A stretch of DNA of 64,000 nucleotides from an uncultured delta proteobacterium (GCA_963792275.1 CAWBVQ010000016.1:28947-92946); one strand, 5' to 3'. Counted from the stretch's first letter, positions 1-10,515 are shown. Numbers and translations are program-made. The notes: generated from the sequence alone by a model not told the origin.

Positions 1-1035
1 ACCGCGTCGGGCGAGAGGCGCACCGAGTCCGTGCGCATGTAGGTGATGAGGGCGGTCTGGCCGTCTTCGCCCAGCTCCACGCCTTCGTAGAGCCGCTGCG
101 AAAGCGTCATCGTCTTCTTGGCGGTGAAGCCGAGGCGATTGGCGGCGTCCTGTTGCAGCTTGGAGGTGATGAAGGGCGGAGGGCGCGTTGCGGCGGCGCT
201 CCTTGCGGATGACCTCCGCCACCACGAACGCCTGCTTGCGCAGCTCCTCGACGAGGGGCGTGGTGATCTCCGCGCTCCCCAGCTCCGCCTTCTCGCCGTC
301 GATGCGGATGAGCTTGCTGCGGAACTGCGGCGGCAGCGCCGCCTTGAGGTCTGCCTCGATGCTCCAGTACTCGACCGGGACGAACTTCCCGATCTCCTCC
401 TCGCGCTCCACCACCAGGCGCACGGCCACGCTCTGCACGCGGCCCGCGGAGAGGCCGCGGCGGACCTTCTTCCAGAGGATGGGAGAGATCCGGTAGCCGA
501 CCAGCCGGTCGAGAACGCGGCGCGCCTGCTGCGCGTCATAGAGATCGCGGTTGAGCTGCAGCGGCGTCTGGATGGCTTGCTGGATGGCCTTCTTGGTGAT
601 CTCGTTGAAGAGGATGCGCGAGGCGGGCACCTTGCTCTTCTTGAGCTGCTCGAAGACGTGCCAGGCGATGGCCTCGCCCTCGCGGTCGGGGTCGGTGGCG
701 AGGAGGATGCGGTCGACGCCCTTGGCCGCCGCCTTGAGCTCGGCGACCACCTTCTTCTTCGCCTCGATGACCTCGTAGACAGGCTCGAACCCGTTCTCGA
801 TGTCCACGCCGATCTTGCTCTTGGGCAGGTCCATCACGTGGCCCACCGAGGCCTTCACCACGTAGCCCGCGCCCAGGTACTTCTTGATCGTCTTCGCCTT
901 GGTGGGAGACTCCACCACCACCAGCGTGGAGCCCTTCGCGCGGGCGGGAGCGTCGGACTTGCTGCTCGCCTTCTTGCTGGTGGTCTTGCGGGCCTTCGCC
1001 GTCTTCGTCGTCGTTGCCGTCTTGCTGGTTGCCAT
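1..1035 (-). pseudogene. topA: DNA topoisomerase I, N-terminal ~345 codons (gene continues past the left edge); frame broken near 178-182 as sequenced
   Basis: Hand translation of the minus strand from ATG at 1035 gives a basic N-tail, then [18 protein letters not shown] and [12 protein letters not shown] (TOPRIM). After ...[11 protein letters not shown] the conserved [19 protein letters not shown]...RLYEG continues one base out of frame; dropping base 180 restores it. Absent from the ORF track because it has no stop inside the window. Confidence 0.85.
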
Positions 1036-1088
1036 CACGTCCCTCGGGGCGGCGGTGGATGCCGGCACTCCCAAATGGGTTCGAAAGC

Positions 1089-2327
1089 TCAGCGGCGCAG
1101 GAAAAATTTCCCGGGCCTCTGCACGACCATCCCCTTCAACTCCAGCTCCGCAAGCTTGCGAAGCGCCTGCGTTGCCGCCATCTGCGACCTGTGGGCGAGG
1201 TCGTCTACATGAGCGGGGGTGCTCTCGTCCAGAAGTGCCCAGAGGCGGGCGGTCTCTCCGTCGAGGGCCTGGGCGTCGGGCGGCGGCTCCTCTTCCAGGG
1301 CCGGCGCCGCAGGACGGACTTCAGATGCCGCGCGCGCCGCGATGGTTCGCGAAACCTCGTCCGGCACCGGCCAGCCCATCGCCCGGAGCAACTCCAGGGG
1401 GCCTGGCGCCGGCCTGGCCGCATTGGTGCGCAAGAGCGCGTTCGGCCCCTCGGCCAGGGGATTGCGCAGGTTGCCCGGCACCGCGAAGATGGGCCGTCCG
1501 AGCCCGGCGGCGTGATCGGCCGTGAGCAGCGCGCCCGACCGGAGCGCCGCCCGGACCACCACCACGGCGTCGGCGAGGGCGGCGACGATGCGGTTGCGCC
1601 GGGGAAAATTGGCTGCAGCCGGTGGCGCGCCGGGCGGAAGCTCGGTGATCACCGCCCCGCCCCCCTCCACGATGCGCCCGAACAGCTCCGCGTTCTCCCT
1701 GGGATAGTCGACGTCGATGCCGCATCCGAGCACTGCGACCGTCTTGCCCTGCCCGGCGCAGGCGGCTTCGTGCGCCGCAGTGTCGATACCGCGCGCTCCG
1801 CCGGAGACCACCTGCACGCCCGCCTGCGACAGGGCCTCGCCGAAACCGCGCGCGATGCGCAGGCCGTCTTCGCCGGCGTCGCGCGAGCCCACCACCGCAG
1901 CGCGAGGCGCCGCGGGCGCGAGCTGTCCGCGCACATAGAGGAGCGGAGGCGGGTTGGGAAGCTGCCGGAGCGCAGGTGGAAACGTCGCATCGCCCAGCAG
2001 CACGACGCGGGCGCCCACCCGTCGTCCGGCGTCCAGCGCCCAGGCGCCCAGCTTGCCCAGGTCCGGATCGCGGGAAAGGTAGTCGCGCGCCCCGGCGCCC
2101 AGCCGCAGCTCGACGGCCTCCTCCAGAAGCGCCCGCGCGCCGCGGGCCATGGCCTCTTCGAGCGAGCCGAACTTGCGGGCGATGCGAAGGAGGGTCGCGG
2201 CGCCCATGCCGGGCACCGCCGAGAGCGCGCAGGCCGCGAGCACCGGGGCGGCTGCCCTTTGCTCCCCGGCATCGCCTCGCTGCGTCTTCGACCTCACCGC
2301 GTTCGGAGAAACCCGGGACTCTTCCAC
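1089..2327 (-). CDS. dprA: DNA-processing protein DprA (Smf)
   Basis: ORF 1089..2327 (412 aa). Motifs [31 protein letters not shown] and [18 protein letters not shown] are typical of the DprA Rossmann domain. GTG start. Confidence 0.85.
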   Translation of the reverse strand: MEESRVSPNAVRSKTQRGDAGEQRAAAPVLAACALSAVPGMGAATLLRIARKFGSLEEAMARGARALLEEAVELRLGAGARDYLSRDPDLGKLGAWALDAGRRVGARVVLLGDATFPPALRQLPNPPPLLYVRGQLAPAAPRAAVVGSRDAGEDGLRIARGFGEALSQAGVQVVSGGARGIDTAAHEAACAGQGKTVAVLGCGIDVDYPRENAELFGRIVEGGGAVITELPPGAPPAAANFPRRNRIVAALADAVVVVRAALRSGALLTADHAAGLGRPIFAVPGNLRNPLAEGPNALLRTNAARPAPGPLELLRAMGWPVPDEVSRTIAARAASEVRPAAPALEEEPPPDAQALDGETARLWALLDESTPAHVDDLAHRSQMAATQALRKLAELELKGMVVQRPGKFFLRR

Positions 2328-2348
2328 CGCCTGCCCCGGATCATCTTC

Positions 2349-3701
2349 TCAGTTGCTGCCGCCTCCAGCGCCAGCGGCGTGCATCTCCACCGCGTCGCCG
2401 GACTGCAGCTCGCGCACGCTGTTCACCACCACCGCGGTGCTCAGGTGCTCGCGCGTGTCCACCACCAGAAGGAGCCCGACGTTCTCCGGGGGCGTCTGCA
2501 CACCCATGGCGCGCATGCCCCCGGCGCCGGCGGTATAGGCCTTGGTCACGCCCGCCGCGTTGAGACCGTCGCCGTGGCGGACCACCGCGAAGGTGTTGCC
2601 CTCCTGCACGCCGTCGGCCGTCCCGCGATCGATGAAGACCTCGTTCTGCTCGCCGTAGGTGGTGAGCCCCGAGTCCACCGCCTGCACGATGCGACCCTTC
2701 ACGTCCGCCGTGTTGGGCCTGGCAGCGACGCGCTTGTCCTGCGGCGACCAGGGCCGCACGCGGTCCCCGCGCTCCATCTCCTCGAAGGTCCGCTCGATCT
2801 CCACCGTGGCCTGCAGGCCTTCGACGGAGATGACCTTGGCCACGCCCACCGTCCTCGTCTGCGTGGCGAGCGTCTTGTGCGAGACGGGATCGACGATGGG
2901 GCCTTCAGGCCGGAAGATGAGCAGCTTGTCGCCGGTCTTCACCGGCATCTGGTTCTTGAACCGCGCGTAGGCCGTGTCGTAGGTGGCGAGCAGCTCCTTC
3001 TCCTCGAACGACGCCTCCAGCGTTCCCGCGTTCTTCAGCTCTTCCGGCGAGACCAGCCCGCCGCTGCGGGTGCTGATCACCGGCGGAGGCGTGAACGCCA
3101 GCTTGCCGCTCGCGCTCACGGTGCGCAGCGCAGCGTTGCCTTCGCGGCTGTTCCGGCTGACCACGTCCAGGTCCGGCGACGACGGCGGCGAAACCGAGAC
3201 GTCCGGCGACGCGCCCGCCTCCTCCTCCGGCGCGTTGCGTGCGCTGGCGTCGACGCCGGGCTGCTCCTCCTGCACCTGCGCCGGCGCCTGCGGCCCGCCT
3301 TCGCCGGGGACGATGTGCAGCTTGTTGCCCGGATAGATCCAGTGCGGGTTCTCGATGCCCGGGTTCAGGCTCCAGATCTTGGGCCAGTACCACGGGTTGT
3401 TGAGGAACTTTTGCGACAGGTCCCAGAGCGTGTCGCCCTTCTGGATGGTGTACTCGTCGGGCGTGCCGGGCACCGGCTGCAGGGTGTCGGGCGGCTGCTG
3501 CCCGGTCATCGGCGCGTTCTCGCGCGGCGCCGCCGCGGGCTGCGCCTGGTCGGCAGCGGGCTTGTTGTCGGGCGTCTGCGTCGCGGGATCCTGCGCCGGT
3601 CTTTCCTGCTGCGCGCGCGCTCCGGGGGGAGCCGCCATCGTCACCGCCAGCGCGCTGCCCAGCGCCGCCCTCCGCCACCGCGAAATCGTCCGCGTCCGCA
3701 T
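2349..3701 (-). CDS. secreted LysM peptidoglycan-binding domain protein
   Basis: ORF 2349..3701. N-terminal signal-like segment (AALGSALAVTMAAPPGARA). LysM motif YTIQKGDTLWDLSQKFLNNPWYWPKIWSLNP...IYPGNKL. Confidence 0.8.
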   Translation of the reverse strand: MRTRTISRWRRAALGSALAVTMAAPPGARAQQERPAQDPATQTPDNKPAADQAQPAAAPRENAPMTGQQPPDTLQPVPGTPDEYTIQKGDTLWDLSQKFLNNPWYWPKIWSLNPGIENPHWIYPGNKLHIVPGEGGPQAPAQVQEEQPGVDASARNAPEEEAGASPDVSVSPPSSPDLDVVSRNSREGNAALRTVSASGKLAFTPPPVISTRSGGLVSPEELKNAGTLEASFEEKELLATYDTAYARFKNQMPVKTGDKLLIFRPEGPIVDPVSHKTLATQTRTVGVAKVISVEGLQATVEIERTFEEMERGDRVRPWSPQDKRVAARPNTADVKGRIVQAVDSGLTTYGEQNEVFIDRGTADGVQEGNTFAVVRHGDGLNAAGVTKAYTAGAGGMRAMGVQTPPENVGLLLVVDTREHLSTAVVVNSVRELQSGDAVEMHAAGAGGGSN

Positions 3702-3712
3702 CTATTGCCTCC

Positions 3713-4531
3713 TTACAAGTCGTGCAGGAGCGCCTGCGCCCGGGCCGTCTCCGGCGCGTCGGGATGCTCCCGCGAAAGCTGGTTGAAAACGGATTTCGCC
3801 TCGTCGTTGCGCCCGAGGATGCGCAGGCAGCGCACGCGCTCGAGCAGCGCCTGCGTCACCGCGTCGCCCGCGGGATACTTCTGCGGAACGCTCTCGAACA
3901 ACTGCAGCGCCGCGGGGCAGTCGCCGTGCGCCTCGCGCACCAGACCCGCGAGGTAGAGCGCGTTGTCGGCGGCGGTGTGCCGCGGGTAAGCGGCGACGAA
4001 GGCGAGCAGATCCGCCTCGGCCTCCTCGTGCCGGCCGTCGTTGAGCTTCTGGACGGCCTCTGCCCAGGCGCGGTCGGCGACGAACTCGCCCGCCACGGTG
4101 GGGTCCACGTCGAGCCTGGCCAGCGCGTCCTCGTCCGGCTCGCGCAGCGCCACGCTGCTGGGCAAGACCGGGGCGCGCTCGACGGGGTTCACCCGATCCG
4201 CGTGGCGCAGCCGGCCGCCGATCTTCACCGTCCGCAGCGCCGGGCGCGGCTCCTTCGCCGGCGCCACCGCCCGCGCGGGTCTCTGCGCATCCTGCGGCGA
4301 GGGCGCGGCTGTCCTGGCGGCGAGCGCGGCGAGCTTCACCTCCAGCTCTTCGATCCGGCGCTGCTGCTGCGCCACCACCGCCGACTGCGCCTGCACCTGT
4401 CCGCGCAGCTCCTTCAGCTCGTCCGCGTCGGCGGTCGGCCGCGATTGCGCACCGGCGCAGCCTGCGAACAGGGCAATGAGGGCGGCGTGGCGAAGGGGCA
4501 ATTCCATCTCCGGAGGCGGGGCGAGTCGCAC
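3713..4531 (-). CDS. coiled-coil plus TPR lipoprotein, YbgF/CpoB-like
   Basis: ORF 3713..4531. Lipobox LFAGC, a coiled-coil stretch (ELKELRGQVQAQ...IEELEVKLAAL) and C-terminal TPR-like repeats (ALYLAGL..., ALLERVRCLRILGRNDEA). An alternative ATG start lies at 4507. Confidence 0.6.
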   Translation of the reverse strand: MRLAPPPEMELPLRHAALIALFAGCAGAQSRPTADADELKELRGQVQAQSAVVAQQQRRIEELEVKLAALAARTAAPSPQDAQRPARAVAPAKEPRPALRTVKIGGRLRHADRVNPVERAPVLPSSVALREPDEDALARLDVDPTVAGEFVADRAWAEAVQKLNDGRHEEAEADLLAFVAAYPRHTAADNALYLAGLVREAHGDCPAALQLFESVPQKYPAGDAVTQALLERVRCLRILGRNDEAKSVFNQLSREHPDAPETARAQALLHDL

Positions 4532-4578
4532 CGGAATGATCGCTGCGGGAGGGCGGACCTGTCAAAGAATCTGCAGAA

Positions 4579-5340
4579 TTATCGCGCCTGAATGAAGGCG
4601 AGATGCCGACCTGTGCGCCCTTTGTCGCGCCGGTGGCTGAAAAAGGCGCCGGTGTCGCAGGAGGTGCACCCTTCGACCTGTTCGATGCGCTCCGCGCGCA
4701 CCCCCGCCTGCAGCAGCGACCGCTCCACGCAGAAGCGCAAGTCCAGGTGCGGCCTGGGGCTTTTCGCGGGGTCGTCCGCGGCGCCCTCGCCGAAGAGCGC
4801 GCGAAACGCGGCGGCCAGCTCGGGCGCGACCTGGTAACAGCAGCGGCCGATGCACGGTCCGATGGCCGCGAGCATCTGCGCAGGATCCGCTCCCGCCGCG
4901 TGCTGCAGCGCGCGCACGCCCCGTCCGGCGATGGAGAGCCGGGCGCCGCGCCAGCCCGAATGCACCGCCGCCACCGCCTCTCCCGCGTCGATCAGCACCG
5001 GCACGCAGTCCGCGACCCGCACTCCCACCGCGCCTCCGCCCAGCGCCACCACGCCGTCGGCGCCCTCGTCCTGCGAGCCCGTCGCCGCCAGCACTTCGCG
5101 GCCGCGCTCGTCGACGATGCGGTCGCCGTGAACCTGGCGCGCGGTGGCGATCTCCGCCTCGAGGCCCGCGGCGCGCTGCAGCAGGCGATGGTTCTCGCGC
5201 ACGGCCTCGTCGGCGTCGCCGACCGAGCCGCCCAGGTTCAGCGAGGAGAACGGGCCGGTGGAGACGCCGCCCGTGCGCAGCGAGAAGCCGTGCACGACGC
5301 CCGCGGCGGAGAGCAGGCGCGATACGCGAAAGAGCGGCAC
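4579..5340 (-). CDS. pgeF: peptidoglycan editing factor PgeF (YfiH / DUF152 laccase-domain family)
   Basis: ORF 4579..5340. Motifs HGFSLRTGGVS..FSSLNLG, QVHGDRI, ADCVPVL, HSGWRG and CIGRCCYQV. Confidence 0.8.
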   Translation of the reverse strand: MPLFRVSRLLSAAGVVHGFSLRTGGVSTGPFSSLNLGGSVGDADEAVRENHRLLQRAAGLEAEIATARQVHGDRIVDERGREVLAATGSQDEGADGVVALGGGAVGVRVADCVPVLIDAGEAVAAVHSGWRGARLSIAGRGVRALQHAAGADPAQMLAAIGPCIGRCCYQVAPELAAAFRALFGEGAADDPAKSPRPHLDLRFCVERSLLQAGVRAERIEQVEGCTSCDTGAFFSHRRDKGRTGRHLAFIQAR

Positions 5341-5364
5341 GCCGTCATTCTAACTGCGAAGGGC

Positions 5365-5949
5365 CTAGAGGTCGTGGAGGTATTCCTGGATCTCGCGCGC
5401 CGCCTGCTCCTCGGAGGTGCGGTCCACCGAGCGATTCGCCAGCTCCTCTGCGTGCTCCACGAGGACGATCCGCTCGCCGCGGGCATCGCCCACCACGTTG
5501 CCCTTGGCGTCCACGTCGCTCAGCCCTTCCAGCACCACGCGCCCGCCGGCGCGCTTCACCTGGTAGACGGTATGGGTGCCCGAGCCGCTGCCGTCTCCGA
5601 GGAAGAACTGGTCGCCCTCCACCCGCCAGGTGCAGGGGCGGTCGGAAATGCCCGGCTCCTCGCCATCCACCGAGACCGCGAGCGCCAGCCGGCAGGCGCC
5701 GTTCTCGTGGAGGAGCAAGGCGCCGCGCTCCACCAGCGTGTGCTCGGCGCCGTTGCCGTCGGTGAGACGGGTGCCCGATTCGCTGATCTCGATGAACTGA
5801 TCGGAGCCGTCCAGTTGCGCGCGCGAGCGGATGGACTCGACCGCGTACTTGCCGGCCGCAAGCGCGGGCTTCTCCGGACGCGCCGCGACGTGCGCGCAGC
5901 CGATCCCCGCTGCCAGAACGAAAGCCACCCCCACCCGGCCTGCAGTCAT
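5365..5949 (-). CDS. hypothetical lipoprotein
   Basis: ORF 5365..6012. The internal ATG at 5949 gives MTAGRVGVAFVLAAGIGC (lipobox). No family recognised. Confidence 0.5.
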   Translation of the reverse strand: MTAGRVGVAFVLAAGIGCAHVAARPEKPALAAGKYAVESIRSRAQLDGSDQFIEISESGTRLTDGNGAEHTLVERGALLLHENGACRLALAVSVDGEEPGISDRPCTWRVEGDQFFLGDGSGSGTHTVYQVKRAGGRVVLEGLSDVDAKGNVVGDARGERIVLVEHAEELANRSVDRTSEEQAAREIQEYLHDL

Positions 5950-6063
5950 GTGCCGCCTCCCGCCCACGTCCGACGGGTTTGCTGCAAGGCGGTTGCCAGC
6001 GCCGGGCGGCACGGTGCGCGCGGATCTGGGTACTGGATTCGCCAGACGGAGAACGGCCGTCGG

Positions 6064-6687
6064 CTACGAGAGAGCGCGGCGCCCCTTGAGCTGTTTACGA
6101 ACGAACCACGCGACCGCGACCAGGGCCGCGGCGATCAGCACGGCGTCGATGCGGTGGAACCACGGCTTGAGATCCTCGATGTGCTCGCCGAGCTTCATTC
6201 CCACCCAGGCGAGGCCCAGGCACCAGGGCAACGATCCGGCGAAGGTATAGGCGATGAACTTTCCCATCGGCATCCGGGCCACGCCGGCGGGAAAGGCGAT
6301 GAACGTGCGCACCACCGGCAACAGGCGCGCGACGAAGACGGTGACGTCGCCGCGGCGGGCGAAGAAGCGGTCGGCCTGGTCCAGGTGCGCGGCCGAAAGC
6401 AGGATGTAGCGGCCGAATTTGAGGATCAGCGGCCTGCCGCCGTACGCGCCGAGATAGTAGGCGGGGATGCTGCCGGCGACGCACCCGACGGCGCCCGCGA
6501 GCCCGAGCCCCCAGATGGTGAAGCGGCCGGCGGGCACCAGGCTCCCGGCGAAGGGCATGATCACCTCGGAGGGAAGCGGGATGCAGGCGCTCTCCACAGC
6601 CATCAGCCCGGCGACGCCGGCATAGCCCATGGCGGAGATGACGCCCTGGATCCAGAGCGCGAGCGATTCGAGGAGCTGGTGGATCAC
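6064..6687 (-). CDS. DedA-family inner-membrane protein
   Basis: C-terminal part of mosaic ORF 6064..9087: GYAGVAGLMAVESACIPLPSEVIMPFAG...ARLLPVVRTFIAFPAG. The GTG start at 6687 overlaps the upstream TGA (GTGA). Confidence 0.8.
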   Translation of the reverse strand: MIHQLLESLALWIQGVISAMGYAGVAGLMAVESACIPLPSEVIMPFAGSLVPAGRFTIWGLGLAGAVGCVAGSIPAYYLGAYGGRPLILKFGRYILLSAAHLDQADRFFARRGDVTVFVARLLPVVRTFIAFPAGVARMPMGKFIAYTFAGSLPWCLGLAWVGMKLGEHIEDLKPWFHRIDAVLIAAALVAVAWFVRKQLKGRRALS

Positions 6688-7881
6688 CGCAGCACCCGCA
6701 ATTTCTCCCGCGGGGTCGGCGCCGGCTGCGCTCCGTAGAAGACCTCGTCGTAGGGGACTGCGCAGTCGGTCTCGAGCGGCTCCGGGTACGCGAAGCGCTC
6801 GCCGCGATAGTTGCGGAAGACCGTCTCGCGGCCGCGCCGCTCGACCAGGTAGTCGGGCTGGAGCGTCACCTTGCCGCCGCCGCCCGGCAGATCCACGGCG
6901 AGATGCGGCACGGCGAGGCCGCTGGTCCACCCCCGCAGCTCGTCGAGGATCTCCACGCCCTTGGCGATGGGCGTGCGCAGGTGCTCGAGGCCCTCCGCCA
7001 CGTCCATCTGGTGCAGGTAGTACGGCCGCACCCGCATGGTCAGGCACTTCTGCATCAGGTCCTTGATGCAGAGCGCGCTGGAGTTGAGCCGGCGCATGAG
7101 CACCGCCTGGTTCTCCACCGGGATGCCGTGATCGACCAGGCGCCCGCAGGCCTCGCGCGCCTCGGCGGTGATCTCCTTGGCGTGGTTGAAGTGCGTGACC
7201 ACGAAGAGCGGAGCAAAGCGGCGCAGCACGGAGGACAGCTCGTCGTCCACGCGCATGGGCAGGCAGACGGGGATGCGGGTGCCGATGCGGATGATCTCCA
7301 CGTGCGGCACCGCCCGCACCGCCGAGAGCAACTCCGCCAGGCGCTGCGTCGAGAGCAGGAGCGGGTCGCCTCCGGAGATGAGCACGTCGCGCACTTCGCC
7401 GTGCTCGCGCAGGTATTGCACCGCCTCGCCCAGCTCCTCGCGGGAGATCCCGCCCTCCTCGCCCGAGGTGATGCGACGGCGCGTGCAGTGCCGGCAGTAG
7501 ACCGAGCAGTGATCGAGCGGCGAGAAGGAGCACGCGGTCGGGGTACTTGTGCACGATGGCGCGCACGGGGCGGTGCCGGTCCTCGCCCAGCGGATCGCGC
7601 AGCTCGCCCTGGTGGACGTGCGCCTCGGCGCGCACGGGGATGGACTGCATCCGCACCGGGCAGTGCGGGTGGTCCGGGTCGATGAGCGACAGGTAGTAGG
7701 GCGAGATGCCCAGCCGGAACGTCCCGCGGGTCTCGATGCAGCCGCGGCGCTCGTCCTCGGTGAGCGGAACCAGGCGCTCCAGCTCCTCCAGCGAGCGCAC
7801 GCCGTGGCGGAGCTGCCAGCGGAAGTCGCGCCACTCCGCGTCCGTTGCCTGGGGAAAAAGCTCTGCGCGTCTGGACTGCAT
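6684..7881 (-). pseudogene. KamA-family radical SAM protein (lysine 2,3-aminomutase-like), one frameshift near 7511-7530
   Basis: The C-terminal two thirds is ORF 6684..7421 (ISGGDPLLL, THFNHAKEIT, RPYYLHQMD). The N-terminal part (MQSRRAELFP...HKYPDRVLLL) sits in the frame of ORF 6064..9087. The CSVYCRHCTRRR cluster is read only after skipping one base. Confidence 0.8.
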
Positions 7882-7916
7882 GAGGGCGCGCACGATGCTG
7901 GTTTGGGGGCCTCCGG

Positions 7917-8970
7917 TCAAGGAGCGCCGAGCGCGCCCAGCTCCGGATCGGACCGCACGGCAGCCGCCGGAGCGCCCGCTTCCAGGGCGCGGCGCAGCCA
8001 ATTGCGGGCGCGGTCTTCGGCCCCGGCCCGGAGGTTGGCGCGGGCGGCCACGACGGCGGCGTCGGCGGACTGCCAGATGGAGAAGCTCTGCCCCGCGAAC
8101 ATGGCCGCCGATTCGTTGTCGCCGCGCGAGAGCTCGATGCCGGCCCGGAGGCGCAGCGCCGCGGCCTGCCGGAACGGCCCACCTTCGCTCTCCAGCCGGG
8201 CTGCCGCGGCGAGCGCGGCGTCGAAGTCGCGCCGGAGCAACGCGGTGCGCGCATCCTCGGTGGCCGCGGCGACGTCGGCCTGCCCGGTGGCGTCTTCCAC
8301 GGGGGCAGCGGCGGCAACCGGAGCCCGATCGGCCTGGCGCGCGAGTCGCGCCCGCTGGAAGTTCTGCAGGGCAAAGAGCGCGAGGAAGAGGAGCACGAAC
8401 GGCTGCAGGCCGAACATCCAGCTGACGCCGGCGCCCACCGCCACGGCGAAGCCGACCGAGATCCAGGAGGCGGCCGCGATCGGACGGCTTGCGGCGCACG
8501 CCTTCGAGGAAGGCGAGCATCATGTTGCCGCCGTCGAGAGGGAGGATGGGCAGCAGGTTGAACGCCGCCCAGAGCACGCTCACCTCGATGAACTGCCCCA
8601 TCAGGAACGCGCTGACCGAGCGCCGCTCCGGAGGCCAGCCGCGCAAGAGCAGGTACGCGGCGGCGCCGAGGAGCAAGCCCGCGACGGGGCCGGCGAGCGA
8701 AAGGATGAACTGCTTGCCCGGACCGGGGCGCGTGGTGAACTGCGGGAAGGTGGCGCCGCCGAAGGCCTCCAGCCGGATCTCCGGCCGCCCGCCGAAAGCG
8801 CGCCCCACCAGCGCATGCCCGAGCTCGTGGACGAGCACGCTGACGAAGACGACGAAGATCCAGGCGAGCATCTGCCAGCCGAACCCGTAGTCCATGCCCA
8901 GGAGCACGGCGGTGATGAAGAACCACGGATAGACTGAGACCGGAAACGGTCCGACCTTGAAGTGAAGCAC
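7917..8970 (-). pseudogene. M50-family (site-2 protease-like) metallopeptidase with C-terminal helical/TPR-like tail, one frameshift near 8478-8485
   Basis: N-terminal part in the frame of ORF 6064..9087 (VLVHELGHA, NLLPILPLDGG). It continues as ORF 7917..8444 (...IAAASWISVGFAVAVGAGVSW...) after a 1-base skip. GTG start at 8970. Confidence 0.75.
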
Positions 8971-9065
8971 GGCGCGGGAGTGTAGCGGCCGGGCGGCGGT
9001 TCCGCAGCCGCCTTGACCCCTGCCCTCTCGCGCATGGTATTTCGCGCAATGGCGGGAGGCATGCT

Positions 9066-10498
9066 TTGAAGACGGCGGCAGCGGCAAGCAGCATCGCGAA
9101 GAAGGCGGCAGAGCAGCCCTTCCGATATCCCCTGGAGCGCGCGTACGCGGAGCCGGACTGGAGGCGGCTGCCGGGCTACCGCTCCGTCTCGCAGGCGGAG
9201 TGGGAGGACGCCACCTGGCAGCGCAAGAACACGGTCAAGAACCTGCGCGAGCTGAAGGAGGCGCTGGGCGGGTTGCTCACCGACGCGCTGGCGCAGGACA
9301 TCGAGCGCGACATCCGCGAGCGCGCCACCATGTCCATGCTGATCACGCCGCACATGATCAACACCATGGACGAGCGGGACCTCTACGCGGACCCGCTGCG
9401 CCGCTACATGCTGCCCGCCTTGAGCGACCGCCGCACCGACTGGCCCAGCCATCCCCGAGGCCTCGCGCGACAGCCTGCACGAGCAGGAGATGTGGAAGGT
9501 GGAGGGGCTCACGCACCGCTACCCCACCAAGGTGCTGGCGGAGATGCTCTCCACCTGCCCGCAGTATTGCGGCCATTGCACGCGCATGGACCTGGTGGGC
9601 AACTCGGTGCCGCAGGTGAAGAAGCTCAAGTTCGCGCTGCAGCAGAAGAGACAGGCACCAGCAGATGCTCGACTACCTGCGCGCCACCCCCAGCGTGCGC
9701 GACGTGGTGGTCTCGGGCGGCGACATCGCCAACCTTCCCGTCGCTACGCTGGAGCCGTTCGTCAGCGCGCTGCTCGACCTGCCCAACATCCGCGACATCC
9801 GCCTCGCCTCGAAGGGGCTGATGGGCATCCCCCAGCACTTCCTCCAGGACGAGGTGCTGCAGGCGCTCGATCGGCTGGCGAAGAAGGCGGTGGAGCGCGG
9901 CGTCTAGCTCGCGCTGCACACCCACGTGAACCACGCCAACCAGGTGACGCCGCTCTTGGGCAAGGCCGCGGGCAAGCTGCTCTCGATGGGCTTTCGCGAC
10001 GTGCGCAACCAGGGCGTGCTGCTGCACGGCGTGAACGACTCGCAGAAGGCGCTGCTCGACCTCTGCTTCATGCTCCAGGACCACGCGCGCATCCTGCCGT
10101 ACTACTTCTACATGTGCGACATGATCCCCAACTCGGAGCACTGGCGCACCACGGTGGCCGACGCGCAGCAGCTCCAGCACGACATCATGGGTTACCTGCC
10201 CGGGTTCGCCACCCCGCGCATCGTCTGCGACGTGGCCTACGTGGGTAAGCGCTGGGTGCACCAGGTGGCGGAGTACGACCGCGAGAAGGGCATCTCGTAC
10301 TGGACCAAGAACTACCGCACCGGCATCGAGGACGACGACCAGGCGCTGACGCGCAGGTACGAGTACTACGATCCCATCCACCTGCTCCCCGAAATCGGGG
10401 CAGAGGTGGTGGCGCGCTCAGATGTGACCCGGAGCGAGAGCTCAGATGTGACCCGGAGCGGGAGCTCAGATGTGCCCCGAGCGAGAGCTCAGATGTGA
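9066..10498 (+). pseudogene. kamA: lysine 2,3-aminomutase (KamA/AblA type), two frameshifts plus an in-frame TAG
   Basis: Fragments 9066.., 9490.., 9665..9907 and 9926..10498 join into one protein: ...THRYPTKVLAEMLSTCPQYCGHCTRMD, VSGGDIANLP, THVNHANQVT, ILPYYFYMCD. Breaks lie at the C-run 9453-9456 and at an extra A at 9649. TAG at 9905-9907 is in frame. Confidence 0.85.
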
Positions 10499-10515
10499 TC
10501 GAGAAGCGAGAGCTC
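10416..10515. repeat. tandem repeat, about 4.2 copies of a ~24-bp unit GCTCAGATGTGACCCGGAGCGAGA
   Basis: Read directly. Copies start at 10416, 10440, 10464 (23 nt) and 10487 (25 nt), with a partial copy at 10512. It sits at the convergent 3-prime ends of kamA and the GNAT gene. Confidence 0.9.

Noticed and set aside
1014-3956. Very long plus-strand ORFs (1014..3956, 118..1212, 4603..6738, 12599..14815, 26697..30143, 31796..34216 and similar) opposite to or out of frame with recognised genes.
   Set aside because: Their translations are Arg/Ala/Gly/Pro-rich low-complexity strings without motifs. Stop-poor antisense frames are expected at this GC content, and the recognised genes fully account for these regions.
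6064-9087. The 1007-aa minus-strand ORF 6064..9087 and the 679-aa ORF 7055..9094, considered as single large proteins.
   Set aside because: Only segments of it are meaningful (DedA at the C-terminus, KamA-like N-terminus in the middle, M50 N-terminus at the start). It is a read-through mosaic of three adjacent genes plus out-of-frame stretches.
10416-10515. The tandem 24-bp repeat as a possible mini CRISPR array.
   Set aside because: The units are directly adjacent with no spacers, and no cas genes or leader are present.
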